Shown here: in pieces, positions 37,290 to 47,358 of the stretch
Numbering within the stretch: the stretch's first letter is position 1
How the letters are laid out: every line of letters begins with the position of its first letter
Assembly (NCBI GenBank): GCA_036802685.1
Contig: DAIRVS010000005.1
Location: 10,027-71,880, forward strand
Origin: Myxococcota bacterium
GTDB lineage: Bacteria; Myxococcota_A; Polyangia; HGW-17
DNA: 61,854 nt
Direction of reading: 5' to 3'
Made by a program: the position numbers and the translations under genes
Notes under the pieces: model-generated
What the model was told of the DNA's origin: nothing
Database searches by the model: none
Seen by the model: the letters and a program-made list of their open reading frames with translations, nothing else

Positions 37290-38597
37290 TCATCCCTCGA
37301 TGGTCTTGATGACCAGAGGTCCCGGGGTCGCGGGCGTGTCGCCGATGACGTAGGCGCCGGCGATGCGCGCGAGCGCGTCGTCCAGGCCGCGGTCGTCGTT
37401 GTAGTGCACCTCCACGAGGACGTCCCCCGCCGAGACCGTGTCTCCGATCTTCCGGCGCACGAAGAGGCTCACCCCGGGGTCCACGGGGTCGGTGACCTGC
37501 CGGCGGCCGGCGCCCAGGACCACGCCCGCCATGCCGATGGCGGTGGAGTTCAAGCTCTGCACCACGCCGGACCGATCGGCACGCACCGCTGTGGCGTGGG
37601 CGGCCTTCGCGAACAGGTCCGTACGCTCGACGGCCTCGGGGTTCCCGCCCTGGGCGGCGATCATCTCCTGGAACTTGCGGATGGCCGAGCCGTCGGCCAG
37701 CGCCCGCAGGCAGCGCTCGCGGGCCGAGGCGGGCTCCGGGGCCGCCCCGCCCAGGACGAGCATGTGGGAGGCCATCAGCAGCGTCAGTTCGCGGATGTCG
37801 GAGGGGCCGCCGCCGCGCAGCACGTCGATGCTCTCGATCACCTCGCAGGCGTTCCCCACCGCCTCGCCCAGGGGATCGTCCATCCGGGTCAGGAACGCGG
37901 TCACGCGCTTGCCCGCCCGGGCGCCGATCCCGACGAGGGTGCGGGCGAGCTCCTCGGCCTTCTGCTCGGTGGGCATGAAGGCGCCGGTGCCCACCTTGAC
38001 GTCGAGGACCAGGGCGTCGATACCCTCGGCGAGCTTCTTGCTCATGATGCTCGAAGCGATCAACGGAATCGAGGGGACGCAGCCGGTGGCATCCCGCAGC
38101 GAGTAGATCTTCCGGTCCGCCGGCGCGAGCTCCTCGGTCTGGCCGATCATGCACACCCCCACCTCCTCGACGATGCGGGCGTAGGCATCCAGGGGGAGGC
38201 GCACGGAGAAGCCCGGGATGGACTCGAGCTTGTCCAGGGTGCCGCCGGTGTGTCCGAGGCCGCGGCCCGAGACCATGGGGACGCGCACCCCGCAGGCGGC
38301 GACCAGGGGGGCCAGCGGGATGCTGATCTTGTCCCCCACGCCGCCGGTGCTGTGCTTGTCGACCTTGATTCCGGGGATGTGGGACAGATCCACCACCGTG
38401 CCGCTGTGCAGCATGGCGTTGGCGAACCAGCTCAACTCCTCGCCGTCGAGGCCGCGGATGAAGATGGCCATGATCAGCGCGGCCGCCTGGTAGTCGGGCA
38501 GGGCGCCGGAAGTGTAGGCGCCGATGAAGAAGTCGATCTCGGCCTGCGTAAGTCGCAGACCGTCACGTTTTTTAGAGATGATATCTTGAATCAGCAT
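37290..38597 (-). CDS. pdp: Pyrimidine-nucleoside/thymidine phosphorylase
   Basis: 435 aa. IISKKRDG, DYQAAALIMAI, VDKHSTGGVGDK, SGRGLGHTGGTLDKLESIPG, SIMSKKLAEG, LDVKVGTGAFM. Confidence 0.96.
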   Translation of the reverse strand: MLIQDIISKKRDGLRLTQAEIDFFIGAYTSGALPDYQAAALIMAIFIRGLDGEELSWFANAMLHSGTVVDLSHIPGIKVDKHSTGGVGDKISIPLAPLVAACGVRVPMVSGRGLGHTGGTLDKLESIPGFSVRLPLDAYARIVEEVGVCMIGQTEELAPADRKIYSLRDATGCVPSIPLIASSIMSKKLAEGIDALVLDVKVGTGAFMPTEQKAEELARTLVGIGARAGKRVTAFLTRMDDPLGEAVGNACEVIESIDVLRGGGPSDIRELTLLMASHMLVLGGAAPEPASARERCLRALADGSAIRKFQEMIAAQGGNPEAVERTDLFAKAAHATAVRADRSGVVQSLNSTAIGMAGVVLGAGRRQVTDPVDPGVSLFVRRKIGDTVSAGDVLVEVHYNDDRGLDDALARIAGAYVIGDTPATPGPLVIKTIEG

Positions 38598-38702
38598 GAG
38601 CGGCGCTCCTCCTCGCGCCTCTTGTAACGGAAAAGGCGGACCATGGAAAGCTGTTTGTCGGATCTGACGGGTCGGTCGGGTCCGGCCCTCCCAGAAAATG
38701 GT

Positions 38703-38731
38703 TTGACGATTCGCCCATTGAATTGTATATA
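38703..38731 (+). promoter_or_regulatory. Putative sigma70-type promoter of the TPR/Glt-like operon
   Basis: TTGACG-N17-TATATA, 56 nt upstream of the ATG at 38788. Confidence 0.55.
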
Positions 38732-38787
38732 TTCGCTGCATCACGTCCGGTTGCCCCGGTCGATGAATCAGAGAGTCGAGAGGTATC

Positions 38788-39591
38788 ATGAAAAAGTTGC
38801 GCGTCCTTCCCGTGTTTTTATTTTTGATTTTTGCTGCTTCCAACACGCTGGCCCAGACCGCCCCGACCACGCCGGAGCCGCCGAAGGATCCTGCGACCAC
38901 GACCCCCGCGCCGACCCCGGCCGCGCCCACGGTCGATCCCAAGGCGCCGGCCGTGCCCGTCACGGTGGGCACCGAAGGGGACCGCGACACGAACCCCTCG
39001 CCCGAGAAGGTGCAGGCCACCGAGGTAGCGAGCAACGAGCTCAAGTTGCGCCAGTTGGCCGAGTTGGTCGAGGATCTGAAGAACAAGGTCACGGCCACCA
39101 AGTTCCGCCTCCAGCTGCTCAAGGAGGCCATGACGGCCGAGAAGGAGACCCTCGGCGGCGCCCGGATAGTCCTCAAGCACGTCAACAAGATGGGCGGCGC
39201 CTTCAAGATGGTCCGGCTGCGCTACCTGATGGACGGCAAGCTCGTCGCGTCCTACAGCGACGCCGGTGAGAAGGACCGCGAGGTCCTGGCCAAGAAGGAG
39301 ATCTCCATCCCCGTCGGCCACGTCTCCCCCGGCAACATCCGTTTCCGGGTCTTTGTCACCTATCAGGGCAACGGTTACGGCGTCTTCAAGTACGTCAAGG
39401 AATGGAAGTGGGAGGTCCACAACACCTACTCGTTCAACGCCGAGCCCGGCAAGGACTACACCCTCGAGGTCCAGGGCGTGGAGAAGGGCGGCTGGACGAC
39501 TCCCCTCGACCAGCGGCCGCACATTCAGTTCCAGCTCCAGTCCAAGGCCCTGGTCACCAAGGAAGAGGCCAAGCCGGCCAAGACCAAGTGA
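38788..39591 (+). CDS. Secreted protein heading the TPR cluster (coiled segment plus beta-sandwich)
   Basis: 267 aa, signal peptide, Pro/Thr linker, helix ELKLRQLAELVEDLKNKV, then YQGNGYGVFKY...EKGGWTTPLDQRP. Resembles a conserved myxobacterial hypothetical family (from recall, not searched). Confidence 0.8.
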   Translation: MKKLRVLPVFLFLIFAASNTLAQTAPTTPEPPKDPATTTPAPTPAAPTVDPKAPAVPVTVGTEGDRDTNPSPEKVQATEVASNELKLRQLAELVEDLKNKVTATKFRLQLLKEAMTAEKETLGGARIVLKHVNKMGGAFKMVRLRYLMDGKLVASYSDAGEKDREVLAKKEISIPVGHVSPGNIRFRVFVTYQGNGYGVFKYVKEWKWEVHNTYSFNAEPGKDYTLEVQGVEKGGWTTPLDQRPHIQFQLQSKALVTKEEAKPAKTK

Positions 39592-39635
39592 CGACCCCGA
39601 CGGGCGCGCGCGCCCCGAGGCGAAGGATTCCGACC

Positions 39636-42314
39636 ATGAAAACACGCCTGTTCCTCCTGGCCTGTGTCACGTTTTTGCTGGTTCCCCACCTCGCGGGGGC
39701 CGATCCTCTGGACAAGGTGAACGACTCGGTGTCGGCGCTGGACTTCGCCCTCAAGCGGCTCGAGGGCGTCATCGCCTCGGCCACGAAGGTGCAGATGGCG
39801 AAGCAGCACGACGACATGCAGCGCTTCCTCAACGGCATCTACCTGCTCAAGAACGATCGTCCCCAGGACGCGGCCGCCCTGTTCCTCTCGCTGATCGACC
39901 ACGCCACCCTGGGCAAGGAGGCCACGTTCTACCTGAGCGAGGCCATGTTCCTGAGCGCGAACTACCAGGTGGCGTCCGATTACTACTGGATGGTCGTCGA
40001 ACAGCGCTGGGATCCCGCGTTCCGTTCCAAGGCCATCAAGCGCCTCCTCGAGATCTCCATCAAGACGCAGAACTACAAGGGTATCGAGAAGCTCGTCGAG
40101 CTCGTAGAGCAAATGCCCGAGTTGAAGGACTCCCCCGAGGTGAACTACGCCCGCGGGAAGTTCGCGTACTACCAGGCATACGAAGAGTTCCAGAAGCCCG
40201 CCGGGGAGCGCCGCGAGGCCTGGGCCCAGGACAAGTTCCTCGAGGCCCTGCGCTTCTTCGACCGGATCGTCCCAGGTCAGGACAAGGACGGCAAACGGAC
40301 CTTCCCCCAACTTTATCCCCAGGCCATCTATTTCTCCGGCGCGGTGCTGGTGCGCATGGCCCAGGTGGGCGCCACCTCCTTCGTGCGCGGAGGCAAGACC
40401 GTGAACCTGACCCAGTACACGACCTCCCTGGGTGAGATGCGCGAGATGCTCATGTTCGAGGCGGTGCGGCGGTTCTCGGTGCTCGCCTCCGATCAGTCCA
40501 TCCAGAAGTGGCTGCAGAAGGTGCCCGCCCAGTCCGGCGAGGCCGTCGAGGTCAAGTACTTCGAACCGCGCAACGACGATGAGAAAGAGGTCCAGGCGCT
40601 TGCCCGCATGGCCCTGGGCCGTATCTTCTACGAGCTCGGCGAGACCGGCGAGGCGGTCCGCTGGTACAAACTGATCGGCGACAAGTCCCCGCACTACGAG
40701 GACGCGCTGTACGAGATGGCCTGGGTGTACGTCCGCGAGGAGGAGGTCATGAAGGCCGCCGAGACGCTGGCCATCATGGAGGTCCGCAACCGCAACAGCG
40801 TGTTCCTGCCTCGCGCCCGCCTCCTGCTGGGGTACCTGCACGTGCGCGGCGAGAAGTGGGCCGACGCCAACCGTGCTTTCTCCGAGACCGCGTCGCGCTA
40901 CAAGGCCGTGCATCTGCAGATCCAGGAGCTCATGGAGAAGGAGCTCGACCTCAAGGCCTTCTTCGACCAGATCACGCGCAAGAAGGAGGAGAAGGCGGAA
41001 GCCGGCAAGGACGGAGGCAAGACCGTCTTCCGGCTGCAGTACGCCATCCCCCCCGAGGCGGTCCCCCTGTTCCAGGACGACCAGACGCTCATGAAGGCCG
41101 TGCTGGTCACCGAGGACATCACCGGCATCGGGCAGAACCTCGAGCACGCCCGGGACAGCCTGCTGATGATCAAGCGCCGGCTCCAGTCGGCCAGCAAGAT
41201 CGGCCTGTTCCCGCTCCTGGCCGACACCCGCACCAAGACCTACGAGATGGAGCTCAAGAACGTCGAGGCCCGCGCGGCCCTGCTCAAGGTCGCCCGGGAG
41301 CAGTTCGCCCGCCACGTGACCGGCAACGTGGTCACCCAGTTGAAGAAGGCCCAGGACGAGCGGCAAAAGCACGAGAAGACCTTGAGCGAGGTGCCCAAGA
41401 GCACCGACAGCGTGGCCACCCGCCTGGCGGCCAAGCGCAAGGTGTTCGACGAGAAGATCATGGCCGTGGACAACATGATCAAGGACCTGGAGGGCTACCG
41501 CCAGTTGGTCTCCGGCATGTACGAGTACTACCAGAAGCAGAAGCCCGAGCGTCAGAACCAGCTCAAGCCGCTGCTCACCCAGCTCCACGAGGAGGCCGCC
41601 GGCATCGAGGCGGGCCTCGAGATGGCCCGCCAGATCCGGGCGCGGATCCTCGACGCCAGCCTCACCGTGGGCGTGGACGACGCCGACATGGAGGCCGAGC
41701 GCCAGGTGCGTGTCCAGTACCGCGCCGCCATCGCCGCCGAGTTCGCCGTGTGGTCCAGCCTGCGCGGCCGGCTCTCCAACACGGAGATGGCCCTGTTCGA
41801 CCGGATGGTCACGATGATGCAGAACGCCGACGCCGTGGACCGTCGGCTCGACGACCTGAACAACCGGCTCCAGGCCATGGCCGACGAGCGTCTCACGAAG
41901 ATCAAGGAAGAGATCGCCGTGGAGGAGGCCAACCTCAAGGCCTACGAGGTCCAGTACCAGCAGTACAAGCAGCAGTCCGGGCAGATCAACGTCCTGATCA
42001 CCCGCGACAGCATCCGCCAGATCGCCCGCCATTTCCACGACGTGGTGGTGGAGTCCGATCTGGGCATCGTCGACGTGAACTGGTCGCTACGCTCCAAGAC
42101 ACGCATGGAGTACAACAAGCTCAACGACCGGAACAAGCAGATCACCAACGAGATGAGAAACCGGTACCGGGAGGTCGAGGAGCAACTGGTCGAGTTCGAG
42201 GATGAGCGGTATCAGGATCCGTTCGCCCCTCGGGTCGAACCGAAAGATGGCGAGAAGCCCGGCTCGGGCAAGACCGAGCCCGGCGCTCCCGGGACCGGAG
42301 GACAGCCCAAATGA
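39636..42314 (+). CDS. Secreted TPR and coiled-coil protein (GltC-like)
   Basis: 892 aa from the ATG with SD AAGGA. Signal peptide, TPR-like repeats (ALGRIFYELGETGEAVRWY, DALYEMAW), long C-terminal coiled coil ending in DLGIVDVNWS. Confidence 0.8.
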   Translation: MKTRLFLLACVTFLLVPHLAGADPLDKVNDSVSALDFALKRLEGVIASATKVQMAKQHDDMQRFLNGIYLLKNDRPQDAAALFLSLIDHATLGKEATFYLSEAMFLSANYQVASDYYWMVVEQRWDPAFRSKAIKRLLEISIKTQNYKGIEKLVELVEQMPELKDSPEVNYARGKFAYYQAYEEFQKPAGERREAWAQDKFLEALRFFDRIVPGQDKDGKRTFPQLYPQAIYFSGAVLVRMAQVGATSFVRGGKTVNLTQYTTSLGEMREMLMFEAVRRFSVLASDQSIQKWLQKVPAQSGEAVEVKYFEPRNDDEKEVQALARMALGRIFYELGETGEAVRWYKLIGDKSPHYEDALYEMAWVYVREEEVMKAAETLAIMEVRNRNSVFLPRARLLLGYLHVRGEKWADANRAFSETASRYKAVHLQIQELMEKELDLKAFFDQITRKKEEKAEAGKDGGKTVFRLQYAIPPEAVPLFQDDQTLMKAVLVTEDITGIGQNLEHARDSLLMIKRRLQSASKIGLFPLLADTRTKTYEMELKNVEARAALLKVAREQFARHVTGNVVTQLKKAQDERQKHEKTLSEVPKSTDSVATRLAAKRKVFDEKIMAVDNMIKDLEGYRQLVSGMYEYYQKQKPERQNQLKPLLTQLHEEAAGIEAGLEMARQIRARILDASLTVGVDDADMEAERQVRVQYRAAIAAEFAVWSSLRGRLSNTEMALFDRMVTMMQNADAVDRRLDDLNNRLQAMADERLTKIKEEIAVEEANLKAYEVQYQQYKQQSGQINVLITRDSIRQIARHFHDVVVESDLGIVDVNWSLRSKTRMEYNKLNDRNKQITNEMRNRYREVEEQLVEFEDERYQDPFAPRVEPKDGEKPGSGKTEPGAPGTGGQPK

Positions 42315-45300
42315 GACACCTTGCCCTGAGCCTGATCGCCTTCGCCTTTCCCCTGGTCCTGCCGGGCGCACTCCCGGCGCAGCAGCCCAAGCCCAAGCCG
42401 GCCGAGGCCGACATGACGCCCCCGAAGGCCCCCGCGCCCGAGCCCGTGGAGCGGCCCGAGGTCCAGAAAGAGATCGACCAGCTCCGCCGGGACTACAATT
42501 TATATAAGGAAGGAGTCGTCCGGTTCGCGGAGACGACGGATTATATGGTGAAGCGCATGAAGAGCAACGAGGAGATGTTCCTGCGCGCCCAGGTGGACCG
42601 CGACAGCCGCGCCGCCAAGGCCAAGGACATCGTCGAGCGCGCCAAGTTGCTCCAGTTGCTCGAGCAACGCCTGGTTCAATACGAAAAGAACCCCGACCCG
42701 ACCTGGACCCCCGAGTTGCTCTGGCGCACGGCGGTCATCTATCAGGAGATCGCCGAGGAACTGAACACTTTTTACATCAACCAGGACGAGAAGACCGGCA
42801 AGGACGTCTACGAGGAAGAATACCAGCAGATCATGGCCAAGGCCCGCGAGCTGGCCAAGGGCACGGTGCGGCCGGCCGAGGCCGATCTGGGCATGGAGTT
42901 CTACCACAAGAAGGCCGAGGGCAATCTCCGCAAGCTCGTGGAGCAGTATCCGAAGTTCCGGGACATCGGCTCGGTGCTGCACCTGCTGGCCCGCATGTAC
43001 GAGCGCCCGCCGTTCTCCCTCGACGACGAGGAGGGCGTCATGCCCGCCAAGCTCTCCATCGCGTCGGTCTGCGCCAACTGGGGGTTCTCCCCGTTCCGGG
43101 ACAACCTCAAGGCCTTCCTCGTGAAGAAGGGCCTCGAGACCATGCCTCTCTCGGCGATGAACGAATACGAGAAGTGGACGATCTCCGATTTTCCCGCCCA
43201 CCTGCCGTTCGATCCGTTCGCCTCCTGCCGGCCCATCCAGGGAAACGTGGAGTTTCTCGGCACCGCCTGGGCCACCCTGGGCAAGTATTTGTCCGCCTCC
43301 GATTACCGCCTGCAGTTCCTGGCCGCCGAGACCACCGACCAGGACAAGTTGTACAACCTCGCCATGACCAAGTGGTACAGCTTGTCGGCCTACAAGCAGG
43401 CCCTGGGGCCCGAGTTCCGCACGCTCTCCACCCGGGGCTACGTGGTCTACTTCGCCGGCCTGATGATGTACCAGAACGAGACCAATCCGGCCCTGACGAT
43501 GAAACTGCTGGATCTGGTCGTCGCTCTGGGCCAGAACCTGGACGAGAACAGTCCGCATGAAGCGGCCATAAAATATATTGGATTTTTGTTGCAGGAAGAA
43601 AAATTTGTCATGGGATCTGAGAGCGATCCCAACAAGGCCTTCAGTTGGACGGCGCCGTTCCCCGTCACCTGCCAGGACAAGTGTCCGGTCAAGAAACTGG
43701 TCGCCTTCTACAAGAACCGCGACGCCGAACCCCACGTGAAGCGCATCTGGAAGGGTGTGGCCGACTTCTTCATGGGGTTCGAGGAGAACAAGACCTACCA
43801 GCGGTCCGAGGCGGACTATGCCTTCGCCTACGAGTTGTACGATTACGTCTTCCGCAAGATGGACGTCGAGGGCGGCTGGCGCTACAACCCCGACAAACCC
43901 ACGATTTTCTGGAACATGATCTCCTTGATCGAGATGCGCATCAAGGGGGTCGAGCGGGAGATCGGCGAGGTGAAGTCCGAGCGTGACAAGAACGTGCTGC
44001 GTGAGAGCCTGCGCACGTGGCAGGACAAGAAGCGCGAGTTGTACGAGTTCGCCGTGAACAAGGTGTTCACCAACGACGAGGTCCAGGAGTACCTGGCCTA
44101 CCACCAGCGCTTCCTGGTCGAGAACCAGAAGAAGAACGTCCGCCTGCGCACCGTCTCCATCGACAAACTGCGGGAGGATCTCCTCGGCATCCGCACGTTC
44201 GCCCTCATCGACACGGGCCAGGCGATGATCAAGAAGGCGGCCCAGCTCGGGGATGCCGCCAAGGCCGCCACGGGCGCCGAGAAGACCCAGTTGTCCAAGA
44301 AGGCCCTCGAGGAGTTCCAGAAGGTCGTGGCCTATTACCAGGGTATCATCCGCGACTTCCCCAACTCCTCGCTGCAGTACGACGCCTCGTACATGATCCT
44401 GTTCGTCTACCGCGACTACATCATCGATCTCTCGGAGTCGGACGCCGCGCGCAAGGAGGCCATCATGGCGACCCTGGACTGGGGTCGCAAGGTGCGCGAC
44501 TCCCATCTGGGCAGCAAGTACCAGAAGGAGAGCGCGGCCATCATCTACGAGGTCTACGACAAGAAACTGGACCTCAAGATCCCGCCGCCGCCTTTTGACA
44601 TCAAGGAAGAGGAGAAGTTGATCAAGTACGCGGCGAAGGAGCTGGCCCCGGACTTCAAGAACTACGTTCAGGACGCCTTCGAATACATGAAGATCTACCC
44701 CAAAAGCGACAACGCACCGATCTTCATCAACAACATCGCCAACATCTACCTGCACTACGAGCAGATCACCGAGGCCCGCAAGTACTATTGGCAGATCCTC
44801 GAGGCCTATTGCTCCCACTCCGTGGCGATCAACGCCTCGCAGATGCTCTTTCTCACGTACAAGTTCCAGCAGGCCGAGCCCGGCACCGAGGCCACCTTCA
44901 CGGCCGAGCGGGACGCCGCGATCAAGAAGCTCGAGAAGAACAAGTGCGGCGGCGACAAGGAACACCGCGAGTTGATGTTCATGATCACCGCGCTGGAGTT
45001 CAAGGAGCTGGTCAAGAAGGCCGAGGTCGTGTTCGCCGAGGCCGAGAAGGCCAAGGCCGACGGCAAGAACGATCCCAAGAAGTGGCGCGAGGCGCTGCTC
45101 ATGTTCCGCCAGCTCGAGGTCCAGATGAAGGACCGCCGGCCCGACGACAAGGACGCCAACAAGCTCAAGGAGTTCGAGTCCAACCTCTTCGGTGTGTACT
45201 GGAAGATCTACACCTGCACCAAGGAGCTGGGGGACTATCCGGGGGCCATCGAGGTCCTGAACAAGAAGATCTACGAGGACGAGACCGGCAAGATGATGGC

Positions 45301-47341
45301 CAACGCCCACCAGGATGGCCTGAAGGAGTTCCTGATCTACGAGCTCGCCGAGGCGGCCACGAAGTTCTTCATGGAGGACCTGGCCATGAAGATGTGGCAG
45401 GAGCTGACGGTGGTCAAGCCGGGCGGCTGGCGCATCAAGAAAGAGAAGAAGATCGAGGTCAAGGACGAGAGCTCCTATCGCGTCCTCGCCGAGGAGCGGC
45501 TGTTCTGGATCTACAAGAACGGCGGACCCAAGTTGCACGGCAAGGCGCTGACCCAGGCGGACCGGCTGCTCGAGCTCTTCCGCAAGGCCAAGAAGATGTA
45601 CAACAAGGAGTTCGAGGTCTCCGAGGCGGCCCTGCTCAAGGAGCTCGCCCAGAAAATGGGCGTCACCGAGGACGCCGCTCAGAACTACTACAGCGTCTCG
45701 AGCATCTGCGAGGGCGGCCGCTGCAAGGTCATGGTCTCCGACAAGGTCCTCTATTACACCGACGTGGTCTTCAACATGGAGCAGGACCGGATCGCCCAGA
45801 AAGGCGACAACGAGGCCGCCTTCCGCGACATGCTCACCAAGATCGAGGCCTACGAGGCGTTCCTCGACGGCTACGTGCCGCTCGCCAAGGTCAAGACCAA
45901 GGAGAACGAGGGCATGTGGAAGGTCCGCATGGATCTCCTCTATCGCAAGGCCGGCCTGTGGGGGCAGATCCAGGCCGCGCTGGCCAAGAGCCCGGACAAG
46001 GCGAAGAAGGCGGGCGAGGAGTACGCGCGCCTCATCCAGGAGTACAACGATCTGTACGACCAGGGCACCAAGGCCGGCCTGGAGCCGGGCATCCACGTCA
46101 TCAACCGCGGCAAGGCCATCGTGCAGTTCGCCGAGAGCAGCCTGGTGAAGACCTTCGAGAACCCCTTCAAGGAGAAGTCCACCACCGAGATCGACAACTT
46201 CGAGAAGATCAAGGTCGCCTATGATTTGTGGCAGAAGCAGCTTCAGGGCAAGGGCGAGGATCTGCAGAAGCGCGGGACCCAACTCCAGGAGGAACTGCAG
46301 AAAAAGCAGGCGGAGTGTCTCGCCGAGATTCAGGAGCTGCTCAACGCGCTGCAGAAGATCCAGCAGTATCAGGCGAACAACGCTTCCGTGCCCCCCAAGG
46401 AGTTGACCGCGGCGGTGAACACGTACCAGACGCTGAACAAGAAGTACCCCAACTTCATCAAGGATCTGCAGGCCCTCGGAGACGTGAACAAGGCGGTCAC
46501 CAAGACCATCACCGAGCGCAAGGACATCGCCGCGCTGATCAAGGAACTGACGGCGCTCTCGGAGGCCGGCCAGAAGATGGGCCCCGAGAACATCAAGAAG
46601 TACATCAAGGAGCAGCTGCCGTTGGCCACCAAGGCCCTGGCCGCCGTCAAGAAGCGCTTCTCCGGCAAGAACATCCCCGAGATCGCCCAGAGCGAGACCA
46701 TCCTGAAGGGCATCAAAGCCGACTCCACGGACATCAACGACATCGGCAAGCTCCTCCAGGTCATGAAGATCCTCGCCTGGCTGAGCGTGCTGCAGCCGGC
46801 CACCGACACGGTCACGTCCATGCTGCAGAACGGTCGTTCCATGGACAACCTGGCGCGCAACTACGACTTCTTCAAGAACTACAAGGGGTCCCTTCGCCAG
46901 CAGGTGGCGGTTCTCAAGGGGGAGCTGCTCGCCCTCAAGTTGCGGCTGCTCTACCGCGGGATCAAGGCCTTCTCCGAGGCGCCGTTCACGAGCATGATCG
47001 CCCGGGAGGACCTGAAGAACCCCGCCGAGGTCGCCAAGTCGGGGTGCACGCAGACCAAGGCCGACGAGTTGGAAGATTGCTACCTGGCCTACCGCCGGAA
47101 GACCTACTACGAAAGCACGTACCGCGTCACCCTCGATGGCCAGAGCCAGGACCTGGCGATCATCCCCCAGGACCGGCTCACCGACGAGTACAACCAGACC
47201 TTCACCGCGTTCTACGAACTGGTCGAGGCCGAGAAACTGTCCACCGCGAACATCGAGGAGGCCCTGGCCGAGTACCGGGACTTCACGAAGAAGAAGCTGC
47301 GCCGCTCGTATCAACCCGAGGTGGAGCCGCTGTCCCGCTAG
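42311..47341 (+). CDS. Very large secreted TPR-like helical protein (GltD/AgmU-like)
   Basis: 1676 aa, signal peptide, overlaps the upstream stop (ATGA), all-helical with TPR-like segments. Placed upstream of a TPR lipoprotein and a GltF-like gene, as in gltD-gltE-gltF. Confidence 0.78.
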   Translation: MRHLALSLIAFAFPLVLPGALPAQQPKPKPAEADMTPPKAPAPEPVERPEVQKEIDQLRRDYNLYKEGVVRFAETTDYMVKRMKSNEEMFLRAQVDRDSRAAKAKDIVERAKLLQLLEQRLVQYEKNPDPTWTPELLWRTAVIYQEIAEELNTFYINQDEKTGKDVYEEEYQQIMAKARELAKGTVRPAEADLGMEFYHKKAEGNLRKLVEQYPKFRDIGSVLHLLARMYERPPFSLDDEEGVMPAKLSIASVCANWGFSPFRDNLKAFLVKKGLETMPLSAMNEYEKWTISDFPAHLPFDPFASCRPIQGNVEFLGTAWATLGKYLSASDYRLQFLAAETTDQDKLYNLAMTKWYSLSAYKQALGPEFRTLSTRGYVVYFAGLMMYQNETNPALTMKLLDLVVALGQNLDENSPHEAAIKYIGFLLQEEKFVMGSESDPNKAFSWTAPFPVTCQDKCPVKKLVAFYKNRDAEPHVKRIWKGVADFFMGFEENKTYQRSEADYAFAYELYDYVFRKMDVEGGWRYNPDKPTIFWNMISLIEMRIKGVEREIGEVKSERDKNVLRESLRTWQDKKRELYEFAVNKVFTNDEVQEYLAYHQRFLVENQKKNVRLRTVSIDKLREDLLGIRTFALIDTGQAMIKKAAQLGDAAKAATGAEKTQLSKKALEEFQKVVAYYQGIIRDFPNSSLQYDASYMILFVYRDYIIDLSESDAARKEAIMATLDWGRKVRDSHLGSKYQKESAAIIYEVYDKKLDLKIPPPPFDIKEEEKLIKYAAKELAPDFKNYVQDAFEYMKIYPKSDNAPIFINNIANIYLHYEQITEARKYYWQILEAYCSHSVAINASQMLFLTYKFQQAEPGTEATFTAERDAAIKKLEKNKCGGDKEHRELMFMITALEFKELVKKAEVVFAEAEKAKADGKNDPKKWREALLMFRQLEVQMKDRRPDDKDANKLKEFESNLFGVYWKIYTCTKELGDYPGAIEVLNKKIYEDETGKMMANAHQDGLKEFLIYELAEAATKFFMEDLAMKMWQELTVVKPGGWRIKKEKKIEVKDESSYRVLAEERLFWIYKNGGPKLHGKALTQADRLLELFRKAKKMYNKEFEVSEAALLKELAQKMGVTEDAAQNYYSVSSICEGGRCKVMVSDKVLYYTDVVFNMEQDRIAQKGDNEAAFRDMLTKIEAYEAFLDGYVPLAKVKTKENEGMWKVRMDLLYRKAGLWGQIQAALAKSPDKAKKAGEEYARLIQEYNDLYDQGTKAGLEPGIHVINRGKAIVQFAESSLVKTFENPFKEKSTTEIDNFEKIKVAYDLWQKQLQGKGEDLQKRGTQLQEELQKKQAECLAEIQELLNALQKIQQYQANNASVPPKELTAAVNTYQTLNKKYPNFIKDLQALGDVNKAVTKTITERKDIAALIKELTALSEAGQKMGPENIKKYIKEQLPLATKALAAVKKRFSGKNIPEIAQSETILKGIKADSTDINDIGKLLQVMKILAWLSVLQPATDTVTSMLQNGRSMDNLARNYDFFKNYKGSLRQQVAVLKGELLALKLRLLYRGIKAFSEAPFTSMIAREDLKNPAEVAKSGCTQTKADELEDCYLAYRRKTYYESTYRVTLDGQSQDLAIIPQDRLTDEYNQTFTAFYELVEAEKLSTANIEEALAEYRDFTKKKLRRSYQPEVEPLSR

Positions 47342-47358
47342 CGAAGAGAGGTTCGATC

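Noticed and set aside
38788-39591. Enzyme call (dihydrolipoamide acetyltransferase-type label that I recall on similar proteins)
   Set aside because: It has a signal peptide and no lipoyl or acyltransferase motifs. The Pro/Ala/Thr linker would explain a spurious match.
42500-47314. 1604-aa ORF antisense to the large TPR gene (similarly 2207..4780, 4942..7629, 12057..14717, 24572..27409, 31206..33650, 39525..42038, 55417..58470)
   Set aside because: Shadow ORFs expected in high-GC DNA. They lie opposite genes with clear motifs and show L/V/G/D/H-rich antisense composition with no recognisable domains.
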